A DNA stretch of 64,000 nt from Ascidiella aspersa. Taxonomy: Eukaryota. The stretch is from NCBI GenBank assembly GCA_963924565.1, contig OZ004607.1, forward strand, positions 7,812,001-7,876,000. Direction: 5' to 3'. Each line of letters starts with the position of its first letter. The first letter of the stretch is position 1. Shown one piece after another: positions 45,201 through 57,200 of the stretch. The notes under the pieces were generated by a model. The model saw nothing but the letters and a program-made list of their open reading frames with translations, ran no database searches and was not told where the DNA came from. The position numbers and the translations under genes are program-made.

Positions 45201-48200
45201 CATGGTACATCAAAATATCCGAGTTTTCTTATAAATTTCCCATAATAGCGGCGACTGCGTTATAAATAGCAGCAACAGAATATTACAAGACGGTTTGCAG
45301 GTTATTTTACACGTCTACGCCATTACTCGCTACGCCTTTTAAGCCATTAGGCAGGAAAAAGAAGGACGTTTTGGTGTCGGGGCGTCTAGGAGTAGTTTAG
45401 ACCCTTGCTCGTCGGCAAACCCAAAAATGAACTGGAGCGCCGGTTTGAGCTCGCGCAACGGATAATATTGCGAAACCTCATTACGAGGCTGGTTTCGAAT
45501 CTCCAACGACCGACATCAAAAATAAATGAGACGAGGGTTGAGGGATACGAGTTTGTAACAGATGCAGCTGTATTGTATATTCCACTAATACTGCAAAAGT
45601 AGGCGTAGGTGGACAAGACGTCCAGCAAAAATACTTTCGATATACGTTTGCACGTTTGACTGACGTCAGTTAAATTTAAGGACACGTTAATTAGGAAACA
45701 AAGATTTATCAAATACTATCCCAACTCAAATGCTTAAAATGGATAACGTTTAACACAGTCTCACTCAAATATTTATTTTTTGTCATCACACCTATCAAGG
45801 TTAAATTAAAACGGTTGGCCTTCCTTTGTAAGATTTAACTAGGTGCACTGGGGTTTAGCTCTTTTCAATAGACACAGCATGCTTGTAATAGGCCTTTTGT
45901 TGCTAGAGTTTTGGGATAATTTATGAGGTGTAAACAGCACTAGGCCCTGGAAGGCCCATTCTCACTTTACTTGAGAATAACTGTATTGATGTGCTTGTAT
46001 GGCTTCAGGTTTAGCAGACTTACACTTGCACATAGATGACACACCGCTGCGATGCTAGATAAACTTATTCTACTTTGAAGTTCAAAGAATTGCGCGAGTT
46101 TGTTTCCAGGGCATGGTCATTTAAAAAAAATGCTGCCTCTCAAAAGGATATTGGTTCAGGGTGTGTGACACAGAATACATATTAAGTAAATACAAAGTTC
46201 GTTATACTGTTCCAAGGTTTTAATAAAACAACATACATTATTAACGGTATACTTAAGTGTATATGAGGTTGGAGCAAGGCCTGTGATAAACACAAAGCCC
46301 ACACAACTAGGATATGTAAGCAAACACTGCAATGAATAAAGTTGTGGAAGTCTTAAACTCAAGTCTGCCAGCCAACTCAAGCACTTAGCTACTATAGGTA
46401 ACTTCCAACATACAACGACAATGTGAGATTCCCGGTTTCTAAAAAGTTTAAAAAAGTTAACAAAACTATAGTATCTATAGTACAACCAGAAGCGTACAAA
46501 CGCACATGGTAATGGTTTGGGCGTTGGGCACGTGCAACCGTTTACCGTTTTTTTTTAAATGTATTGAAAACAGCTATCGATTAATACTTGAGTTGTGATA
46601 CGGTGGGTAAAATAACTAAAATCTGAGGAGACCTCAGTTTTTCTGCGTTTTGTTCCATGTATTTGCAACAACTAATAATGTATAATTTACAAATATCCAG
46701 GTCGTCATGATTTTACGTATTTTTTCCATTCCAAGTTGCAAGTGGATTGACTTAAAAGTTAAAACCTAATGACGTTGTTTTAAAGTCCGAACAGTCTGCA
46801 GTCTAAACCCGTTCTGGGTCACTTTGAGTAGCGATAAGGGGGAGCCTGTCCCCGTGAAGCAATAAAATCAAGGGTTCACTCGGTGTCGAATGACACGCAG
46901 TCGCAAGACATAGTTGGCCAGGTTTTGTGGCCGTTACCGGTCCGCTCTTTTTGTCTTCTCTATGTTTAAGCAGCTTGCAAATTTCTGAAAGACAGCAGCC
47001 TGGCACCTTAACCTTGACTATAGTTTAAATCGCAGGAAAGTTGTTTCGAAAATGGTAATTTGACGTCTTCAAGCTATAGTCATGGCGTGTAAGATTCTCT
47101 TGCTTTGACAGTGACTCCTTTGATGTATAAAATGCCATTTAATTTGAGATAATCATTCGATAGCGAGTGGAAAAGCTAGTTGCTATCTCTTAAGTTAGGC
47201 GACTTTAACCGGAGTAAATTGACTTACCATGATAATAAACTTGGTAAGCAAGATATTTGTCAAATTTTCTATTTCCCAGTCAAGGTCTACGTAAATAAAT
47301 TGGAGAAGTTAGGCCGTAAACACCTTGCTCAAAGTTCTTCCAGGGTAAAACAACACTAAAACGTTAAAAAAACACTAAACCAAATAAAATCAAAGACTGC
47401 CTTTGCACAAATATAGAGACCCGGAAAAGGCTGAAAGGAGAAAAGCGGAAATCCGACCTCCGTGGCCACCGAAAGCGGCCAATTAAATTGTGTGGTTTCG
47501 CCGTCGCCTCTTTGTCTGCAATTGCGCCGAACTTTTTCACAACCAACGTCAAGGTTCAGCTCTCGACTCTTCCCCCACTCTATACCTCCTGGCGATTCTC
47601 CCAGACCCCAGTGTTCCGGGAGTTTTGCCGCAGTCGCTGGAGATTTTAATGGTCTGTGCCTTTGCGGGATTTCGCGGAATTGAATTGCGCCGAATCCCGT
47701 CTATTCCTGTAGCTTTTCGTTGCCTTTGACGAGTAAAACCTGTCGGTTTTGTTTTGCCAAAGAATCCTGGAGGGATTTACCGAAGTCTTCTTAGATAACC
47801 TGGTTACGTCTCAATTGGCGAGAAGTCATTTGACCTGCAGAGACGAAGTTGCAGGTGTCGCATTACAAAGTAATTGGGGTTGTTTGAAGAGATTGGCTTG
47901 CGTTCTGCGCAGATGCAAACGTTGTTCGGCAAATTAGGTTTGCAGAAATGTGTGACAACGTTTTGAGATCACCTGATCTAATTCATTTACTTTGTATTAA
48001 TCAACCTGTAATAAAAGTCGCCTCGTAACGTGTTCACAATGTGTAGATATCCAAACATGTAAAAAATAATGATTAAGACGGATTTAAATGTTCGCCATGG
48101 TTAACAATACGGCGGTATAAGTGAACTCGGAATTTTAATCGCAGTTTCTCGTTTTTCTCCCGGAAGGTTTAATTAAAGCTATAAATAGTGTTTATTCAAA

Positions 48201-51200
48201 AAGGTTAAACGCTTCCAAGCTATTTTTTTATCGAAACCCCTAATGGTGAATAAGAATCTGACCTTGGGTAGATTACTCATAACTTTTGGAGTGTAACTCT
48301 TACAATACTCCTACAACTCGGAAAAAATGTGTAAAGAAGAAACGGGCGATATCAATTCATGTCAATTTGCATGGTGTGGCTCTTTGTGGCGCTAAACCTG
48401 ACTACAAAATAAAGATCTGTGACGGTGTCGCCACCCTCGTCCCAAAGCATGGGCGCAGGCGCGGCGTTTGAACTCCCAAGGTCGCGTTAGGGGTGTAACG
48501 TGAAGCACTGGGCCACGCATTCTCTTAAGCCGGGAAGACGCGCAGACGTTACGCACGTGTGGGAATGTAAGGCCCCAGTCATGGCGCGTTTGTTCCTTGT
48601 AAGCAGAGCGACGCACCGACGCCCCGGGCTGCCTTGACGCGCTCCTCTTCTAGAGTTACCACCGTGGACGATGTTATCGATGCCTGTGCGACCGAGAAAT
48701 TCTAAAAACCTGCCATTTTGGAAGCGGTTTTCTTTAGCTGAAAGTACTTGTTTTTTAAGACAAGTGAGACGAACGTTGCTCTACAGCTGCGTCCACTTGT
48801 TGAGTGGAAAAATTGTTGCCCCAACTCACTTGCGCCTGGTCTAACGGTGAATGTTGGTGGACCAATTTTGTACGACACGTTGTGTGGCTTCTCTAGCCGT
48901 TTTTCAGTTTATCTTTTTTAACTTTACATTTTAAGGTATTTAAACCCTAATTGAAAGCAAATCAAACTCAACTGTAAACTGTCGTTCAACCGTTGTACGT
49001 GGCCATTATTTTGGCATTTCACCCATAGACGCACAAAATGCTTGGCATTCCCATCCATGTTGTGTTTTTCACTGAAGTTTTGTCCTGTGCACTTTTATGA
49101 GATTTAATGTCACTAGGGATAAGTTCATTTGTATAATAAAACCAATTGCGTGTTTGCCTCGAATCGTTGGTAATAACAGCAGGAGTTTCGCTTTAATTTA
49201 CAAAGGGCCCTTTTATTGAGCTTTTATTCCACAGTCAATGCCCCCGTCAGGCCGCCCACCATTTGCAAATCTCGCGTGTCGAATCTCTGATAAGGCGCAA
49301 ACGAGACTTTCAAAGTCGTATGAAAACCATCCGAAGTTGGTTGACGACACAATAAACTCAGGAGCCTCGGTAATAGGCAGCTGTTGGCTATTTTGTGGAT
49401 AAAGTGTTGGCGTATATTCACGTATTGCTGATTGCTTGGGATGATTAGCGAGCGCTGGATATTCGTGTCATGGGTTCACGAGTTCACACGTTTTACGCAC
49501 AAAGTTTTTGCCGGCAAACTTTCAAGTAACATGTGCAATTGGAGAGGTAACATTTTTCAAACAGTGACAGTCCGCACATTTTTACTAACGTTTCGAGCGG
49601 GTTAGGACTTAATTAACATTATCCAAACCGTACGGGCAATTTTGCTTGTTTTTGCTTTGAAGAGCTAGTAAAATGAGATATAATTATTCCTTCATCTGAC
49701 AATTAATATAAGGTAAAATGATAAGGATACAAAAATGCCGTAATGCAGACCACAGGATTTCATATATGGCAATATCCGGACTGCAACATATTTCGAACTC
49801 TATATAGAGTCTGGCTTTAACTTGAATCTTATCATGCAACTCATGGCCCCTAACAACTATAGGTAAAACTAAGTTTGGTTGATTTGATATTATAAGCTTG
49901 AACTTCTTATTACCTGAGGAACAATCCCAACGCCAAGACTCTTAACCCCGCTCTCAGAAGATCTTCCTGCCTCTTTTCTCTTTATCTTCATCATCTTCTG
50001 CTTTCCTGTCCTTCGTTTTTTTCGGACTTTCCTCCATTAAGAAGCCACTGAGAGTGTTTTGATTTAACCCGGGCTGGCGTTTGCACAGGGCGTTGCTGCA
50101 CGTGAAAATCATCGACAGCAACTGCTACCATAAGCACGCCAAATTCCGGATATCGCTCTGCGCGCCCTACGAGCCTAGCAAGTCATTCGGTGAGTATAAT
50201 ACACTTCGGCAACGTTAAACCGCCCGGGAAAAGTGGGTTAATTTAACATTGAACCTTCTTCACGAAGAAGCAATGATCAACTAACACGTCCCTGAAATCG
50301 CATAGGTTCCAGTTTAAAAGTGTATCTGTTTTGCGTGTTGTATTTAGCGTAGGCGTACATCTAGTCGTGCATGGTTTGTGTTGCATTTGTGACGTGGAAT
50401 CGCACCACCTGCTTTATAGTCTGCACTTGTGCTCCATAAAACAAAACATATATGCGTTTTGAAAGCTGTGAATATGGTTAACATACTGAAGTGAAAACGT
50501 TTTCAAAAGTAGCTTCAATAATGAAAATGTGTCAACTTTTATTTGTTAACGAAATTTTTTTATCATAAAACAAACTCCACATTCTGTGTCCCATTTTGAT
50601 TTAGGTATCACCGAAAATTATGTATTTTTCGTTGTAAAAATATATTTGCGTCTTTAGCAGTTAAACTGCTGTTTCCTTCCAAACCAAATATTTCTCACAC
50701 AACGTTGACCACATTGGGTTAAATTTTTCGTTTAAATAAGTTACGGCCCTTATTCCAAACACAAAACCTACATTTGCAAATTAACAAAAAAATGTTTAAA
50801 TAAATAAAATACCTAAAAATTCTCACGTCCCCAATAATCTTTGTTCCGGACGTTGCAGGAACGGACGTTGGCAGCGACTCGGGGATCAACGGGAAGGGAG
50901 ACGACGAGTCCAACAAGACGATCTCGGAAGAAGAAGAGGAGGCAAGAAGGATCGCAGAGCTGGGGAAGCCCCGACTCGGAGTCAACCCGAGCATTGAGAT
51001 CGTGATTGAGGAGAGCTACGAGTTTAAGGTAAACACAAATACAAGTGTCGGGGTCTTATGTTTCCGCTTCCAATCGCTTTTTGATCTAATTGTTCCTTTC
51101 AAATCTCCTCCTGGTATAATTGTTCCGTTTCGATTTCCTCCCTTATCTAATTGTTCTCCAACAATTATTCCTCTTGATCCATTGTTCCTCCTCCACATGG

Positions 51201-54200
51201 AGGACCTTCTGATCCAGCTTGAAGTCTTCGACAAGAGGATAATTAATTAAATTTGATTAATATCAAGAAAAAAAAGTAAAATAATAAAACTATGCAAAGT
51301 CTACTTTGAATCTAAACAAACCCGCCATGTTTCGAGTAGTGTAATTCTACTTCAAAGTTAACATACGAGTTAGGTAAAGGGAGAGTTAAAGACTGCAATT
51401 AATTAAATGCTTATTTGGAAAATGATTGAATATTAGGTTTTCTTATTTCGTAGCGTGTTGAAATGTTAACTTAATTTAAAAAGCTTGATAAATAACAAAA
51501 TTCTCACAAATTTAGGCAAAGTTTAGACAATATTTTATAATCATATTCACTACAGCATTGTCACTGTCAAAATTTCATAAAAAGCGGTTAATGCTACGAG
51601 TTTAAGCTAAATGGAAGAACTAAGGAGTGCAATAAATAAAGTGTTTCGTTTTAAGTTTATTTTTTGAGGGGTTTGGGACAACATTACGCTTTCTTTTTTC
51701 TTGTTATGTCTTTATTTCAATTACCTTGTAACTTGTTTAAATGTGGCCTATAACATACAACACACGCTCTGCAAGCTGCATTATATGCAAAAACTGTTCA
51801 TCTGGGAACGAGGCAGTTGCCACGAATATACTTCTTTTTTTACCTAAAGGGCAGAACGTATGGATAATTACCTCCACTTGGGATATTTGACGTTTTAGAG
51901 GGGTTAGTTTTTGAAAAACGAATTTTTTTAATAGGCTCTATTTTTTTTTTTTTTTTTAAATAAAAAAAACTGCAAAGTTTCTCAATTGAAACCGGATTCT
52001 CATTGAAATGTACATCTAGATTCACTTTTTTAGAAATTTCAAGGGTAATAATATAATTTTGTATTCAAACGCTAAAAAGCAAAATTAGTACCATACCTTC
52101 ACAATTTTTAATAATCAATTGTTTTTTTTATGTTTTTTCAACGAGGTAAACATATTTATGTTGCCGTTATTTTCCAACTTCATGTTTGTTGAACATTTTG
52201 TTGTTTTACAGTTTCTGGCTTTTAATCTGTTGACGTAATTTATCTCAACCATATTTTCCTTTCGCTTTGGACAAATTTAAAAATGCTAATAATTCTCCGT
52301 TTGTTAGTAAAACAAAGATAGGTATACTTGCGTCCGTTTTATTATTTTGTTTGACATTTAGCTAAAAGGGTTGCAAAAGTCATAAAACATCGTTTAGCTG
52401 AACGATTATATCTGGTCAGCGCTACTTTTTGTAATCTTGACTGGTTTTATTCGGGTCTTCCACGACGCATAATCTTGCTTTGTACCGTATATGCAGGGCG
52501 TTGTAAAATATTGATTTTAATGTGTTGCAATGTACGAACACTTGAGTGGTCGGGCGATTCTAAGAACATCGGGCTTTTAGTAGATATTTGTGTTAATGTT
52601 TACGGTGGAATGACAGGTACTAAAATCACTTAGCACTGCTTGCCAATGAGGTCCAGTTCTTGAATTACCTTAAGTGAATACGTCTTTGATATAAGTCGAA
52701 CTTAAACAATCACTTTTCACTGTCACATATACCAAAACGTTTGTCTGGATACGGCAGGTTTATGACAAAAAACAATGACTTCTTGTTGTAAATTACCTAG
52801 ATTGAAATCTTTGCTGATCCACTTGGACAATCAAGCTATTTTAAGTTCATCCTGACTCCCTTTTTTAATAATGTGGATCTCTATATATGTTTTACTCTTA
52901 CCCGTAACCTTCAACAACATATACTACTTTATTTATGCATAATAATTTATTGGAATAAAAAAACACAATTTGTTGAGGAGGGGGGCTAATGTTCTTTTAT
53001 TTCAGATTGTTTTAGTTTGTTCATATTTGTACCAATAATATTGGTTTATTGCGATTGCTCAAATAAGGTAGTGTTTATTTTCTATCGTAAACACGCATGA
53101 TTTATAGAATCTTACACTATCTTTTCTCCAATGATGGGCTTCCGGGAATGAGTTGCCGCTGGCAAGGCGTTCGGTTTACAACATATCAATGCGGGAGTGC
53201 ATCCGAAAGAGTATATTAACAGTGCCTAAGAAACAACGGCGTTTTAACAGGGCATGAAAATACCCGCCGATTCGCCGATTTGTGTCACCTATAGGCTGAC
53301 TTTTACAAGTTCGAGCTAGTGGCCAGTACACGTTTTGGGATGTTGACTCAAGGGCCGCCAAAGCAAACACAAGACGCTTTATGGGAGACCCGACTGCAAA
53401 ATGTAGCTGCCCGTTCAATCGGCCTGGCGTTTACGGCCGCCTTTCTATCACCGGGCGAATTCCGAGGACCGCGCTTACATGCAAAGTGCGGAATTCCAGC
53501 AGCCTTCCAGACTATTAAAGCTGCATACCGTAGGACATGTAAATACGTGTAGGTCCTGTCAAGATGTAAAACTGCCGCTTCGAGACACTGCGATTACGAT
53601 TTGACTTATTAAAACAGTTTTATGTATAAGTTGCACCTTACGACACATTATGATCAACTGGATTAGTTGATTAACCGATTTACACGCATTTTGTAGACAA
53701 AGTATATTCATCTTTATAGGGGGAACTTTATACGGATTTTTGTGTGAACGTAATACATTTTAGAGCATAGAAGAGTAAAAAAAATGTAAACTTGAATCAA
53801 AACCACTTTACTTCACTCATGTTATGAAATAAAACCATTTGTTTCCAAGTCGCTATTTCTCATTCAACGATCAACGTGTTAAGGAAAGTGGCTCGTTGCC
53901 TTTATGAAACTAACCTTGGGTTTAATTGCAACGCAGAACACAGTGGATCGTCTGATCAAGAAAGCAAACTTGGCGGTGATAGTTGGAACTTCATCGTGGA
54001 GGGAACAGTTCGTGGAAGCCCTCACTGTCACTGGAGGTATGTGCATTGGGCTGAAACAACAAGTGTGGGAGCGGTTATTTAAAGAAATATTAGCCAAGTA
54101 GATATGATGTATTGCTACCAGGCATAGTTTACACTAAAAGGAGGCTCTTCCGGCATCTTAAAGCATCATGAATAGGTAGCCGAAACGTTGGATGAAATAA

Positions 54201-57200
54201 ATAAGCGCCGATTGAGCTCCTTCTGGTATATTAGTCAAAGGTTGCAACCCAAGAGCACAATTTTTTCAAAGCACTAAAGATTCCTCAATGTACTAGTACG
54301 CTTGTTACACCATCATCTTTTGAGGTCTTTTTGTTTTTCGTTGTATAGTTTTCCCTTGCGATAATTTGTATACCGTATGTTATGCATTTATCCGGCGTCA
54401 ATAGCTACGCAAAGGCAATTGCTAATTAGGACAGAATATAGCTCTTTACACTAGGTTACTGTTAAACAATCGTAAAACGCCGTTTACTACAGAAAAAACC
54501 TACCCTACTACGATCACTACACCCACATATCTAACATGTTCAAACATACAACAACAACAATATGTAACAGACTAATGGAGAAGGCGTATAAACTTCTCGG
54601 GTTAACAAGTTGAAGCGTATATGTGTAGTTCTAACTGGGATCAGCCCCTTAAAAGTCTTACCGGCCAACGAACGGCATTCGTATCAATAGTGCATCTCTT
54701 CTGTTTGATTGACAGGTGATGACGAAGACGGCGGTGAGGAAGTTCAGACAGAACCGACGTGCTTCGATTACGTCATGCACTTTCTCACTCTCTTCTGGAA
54801 GGTGAGAACGTTACTATGCAAACCGGTTAATTTCGTGGCCAATTTTATACCTTTTAAGCCCATCTTCTAAACCGTTTTATTCCACAGTTGCATACGCAGC
54901 AAACAATGTAACTACATAAGTCTTGAATGGTAGAATTTTGAGCTACGTTGGCCGATTAAGAATTGTCTAGAAAAATTGTTAAAACGATTAATTTGCCTAG
55001 GATTTGAGGACTCTTATTGATTTTCGTTTTAACATGATTTTCTTCAGTTAAACAGAGCTACTTTTAATTATTTTTAGGTTGTGATGTAAAGTTTGACAGC
55101 TATTTTGTAAACCAGAATTTCCATAACAAGCACAAGGGCTATTAATACTAACCAAAGAACAAAGGGCGTTTTCGACTGTTCCTTGACAAACAAACAAGTA
55201 AATGTTGGCATAACTTATAGAAGTCAAAGTTTAAAAATTTGCCCAAAACTTGTGTCGACTGAGCTATATCGGTTCTATAAACCTTGATCGAATTCTTGAC
55301 ACCTACGAAGCGATAAAGAATTACTTTGTGTCAATCGAAAGCAAGGAAGTCGTAAGGGTTTGCAATTTAGTATGGGCCCTATATCATAATATTTGATGGA
55401 CATTCTTTTTTGTAGCCTTTCATTTGTGAATCAAAGTGCAGAATCCAAGAGTATGGGTGTTGCAGGAAGGACAGCTAAATTGAATAAATTTTTTATACAA
55501 TTTCTCTCCCTGTCAAATCTATTTGTACCATGCAGTTATTTAGTCAAGTTAAATATGGACTGGTATTTCAACTATCGAAACATATCATGACTTTTAAACG
55601 TGAATACGAGTGAAGTTGGTAAATTCGTTGACTTTAATCGTTGCTTAAAAGCTACCTATCTTTCATCTCAATACAAATATTCAGCAAACACACTATTTTA
55701 TACGTATTAAATAAAAAAAAAGCCTGAAAAGAAAAGCGAATATTGCACAAAATTTACCAAACAAAAACACTAAATTTTAAGTCAAAGTCACTTGTTTATT
55801 TGCTCAACGAATTTAAAATCAGTGTCTTCAGTGTCTGTAACTGAATGTCTGGTCAAGTATGATAAAAAACTTGTGTTAAATGTACTTAAACGAAATGATA
55901 TAAGTCACAGTCTAAGCACTTTGTTCATTTACTTAAGTCAACTAATTTGAAAACAGTGAAGTGCACTGAAACTAAATGACTTAAGTTAAAGTCAAAGTCA
56001 GTAGAACAAAGTAATTTAAAAATACAGTCTCAGAGAACTAATACTAAATGAATTAAGTGAAGTCAAGTCAAGTATGTTGAAATAAAAACACCTATATTAA
56101 CTACACTGAAAAAGATGACTTCAGTCACAGTCGAAGTAACTTGTTAAGTGCTACCAATCAACCAATTTGAAAACAGTGTCTGAAATGCACTAAAACTAAT
56201 TATGACTTAAGTCAAAATGAATGTCAGTAGCACAAATGACTTAAATCAAGTCAGGCAATTTAAAAATAGTATCTTGATTTACTTATAGGCTACTAAATGA
56301 TTCAAGTCAAGTCAAGTATGTTGACAACCATGTATTTTAACTACCCTGAAAAGAGTACTTAAGTCACACTCAAAATAATCTATTCATTGAAACCAGTCGA
56401 TTAATTTAAAAACAGTGCTTTAAGTGTACCGAATTGAACTCAATCACTCTAGAAGCATTACAACACCGATCAACACGGGTTTGTTTTGCAGCTTCTCTTT
56501 GCCTTTGTGCCACCCACCGAGTACTTTGGAGGCTGGGCATGCTTCACCACTTCCATCCTTCTCATCGGTCTGCTAACGGCCGTCATCGGCGACGTCGCCT
56601 CCCACTTCGGCTGCGTGGTCAATTTGAACGACGCCGTCACCGCCGTCACAATCGTCGCCATGGGAACCAGCGTGCCGGGTGAGTGATCATTTGGCGCGAC
56701 ACTGCCAGTTGTGCTGTTTAGCAGGGATGGCTGTGCTGTTGACTGTTGACTATGTTTAGAGATGCCCAATACTGGATATTTATTCCGATACCAAATATTT
56801 GGAGCAAAATATATCGCGATCCGATACCAAATTACGTCATTGCTATGCTTAAACAAGAAAATTGGCTGAATTGAAACGTTCAAGAGTAGTTTCAATAGGT
56901 TATTAGGCAAAAATTAAAAAAAATAGTGATTTTCAGTTGTTAACCTACTACTTTTTTGATAAATTTACATCCATAGGTAGAAATTGCTGTGTTTGGTCGC
57001 AAATCTTGGCTAAAATTCTTATAATAATTTGGTATCGAGTCGGCACCGGTCCGATATTATCGGGCATCCTTAACGGTGGTTAAGTGGCTGATGTCCTTCA
57101 AAATGGCTGGCGAACGATTTGTTTGTTGGCATATGGGAAAACAAGACTGATATTTATGGCAAAGCTTATCGTCTTGCGCCTTATTGGACTTTGGCCATTT

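Noticed and set aside
47605-47651. 47-nt segment with a good pyrimidine tract, cag acceptor and gtctgt donor between exons 5A and 5B
   Set aside because: Not a multiple of 3, so it cannot act as a cassette, and it has no CBD2 similarity; unsupported without RNA data.
48654-48705. Possible third CBD2 exon copy (cttctag|[17 protein letters not shown]) with VID....EK in register
   Set aside because: In-frame stop after 16 codons, no phase-compatible donor and negligible nucleotide identity; probably chance.
50847-50874. Tandem CGGACGTTG(G)CAG creating a second acceptor 16 nt into exon 6
   Set aside because: Its use would frameshift; no support.
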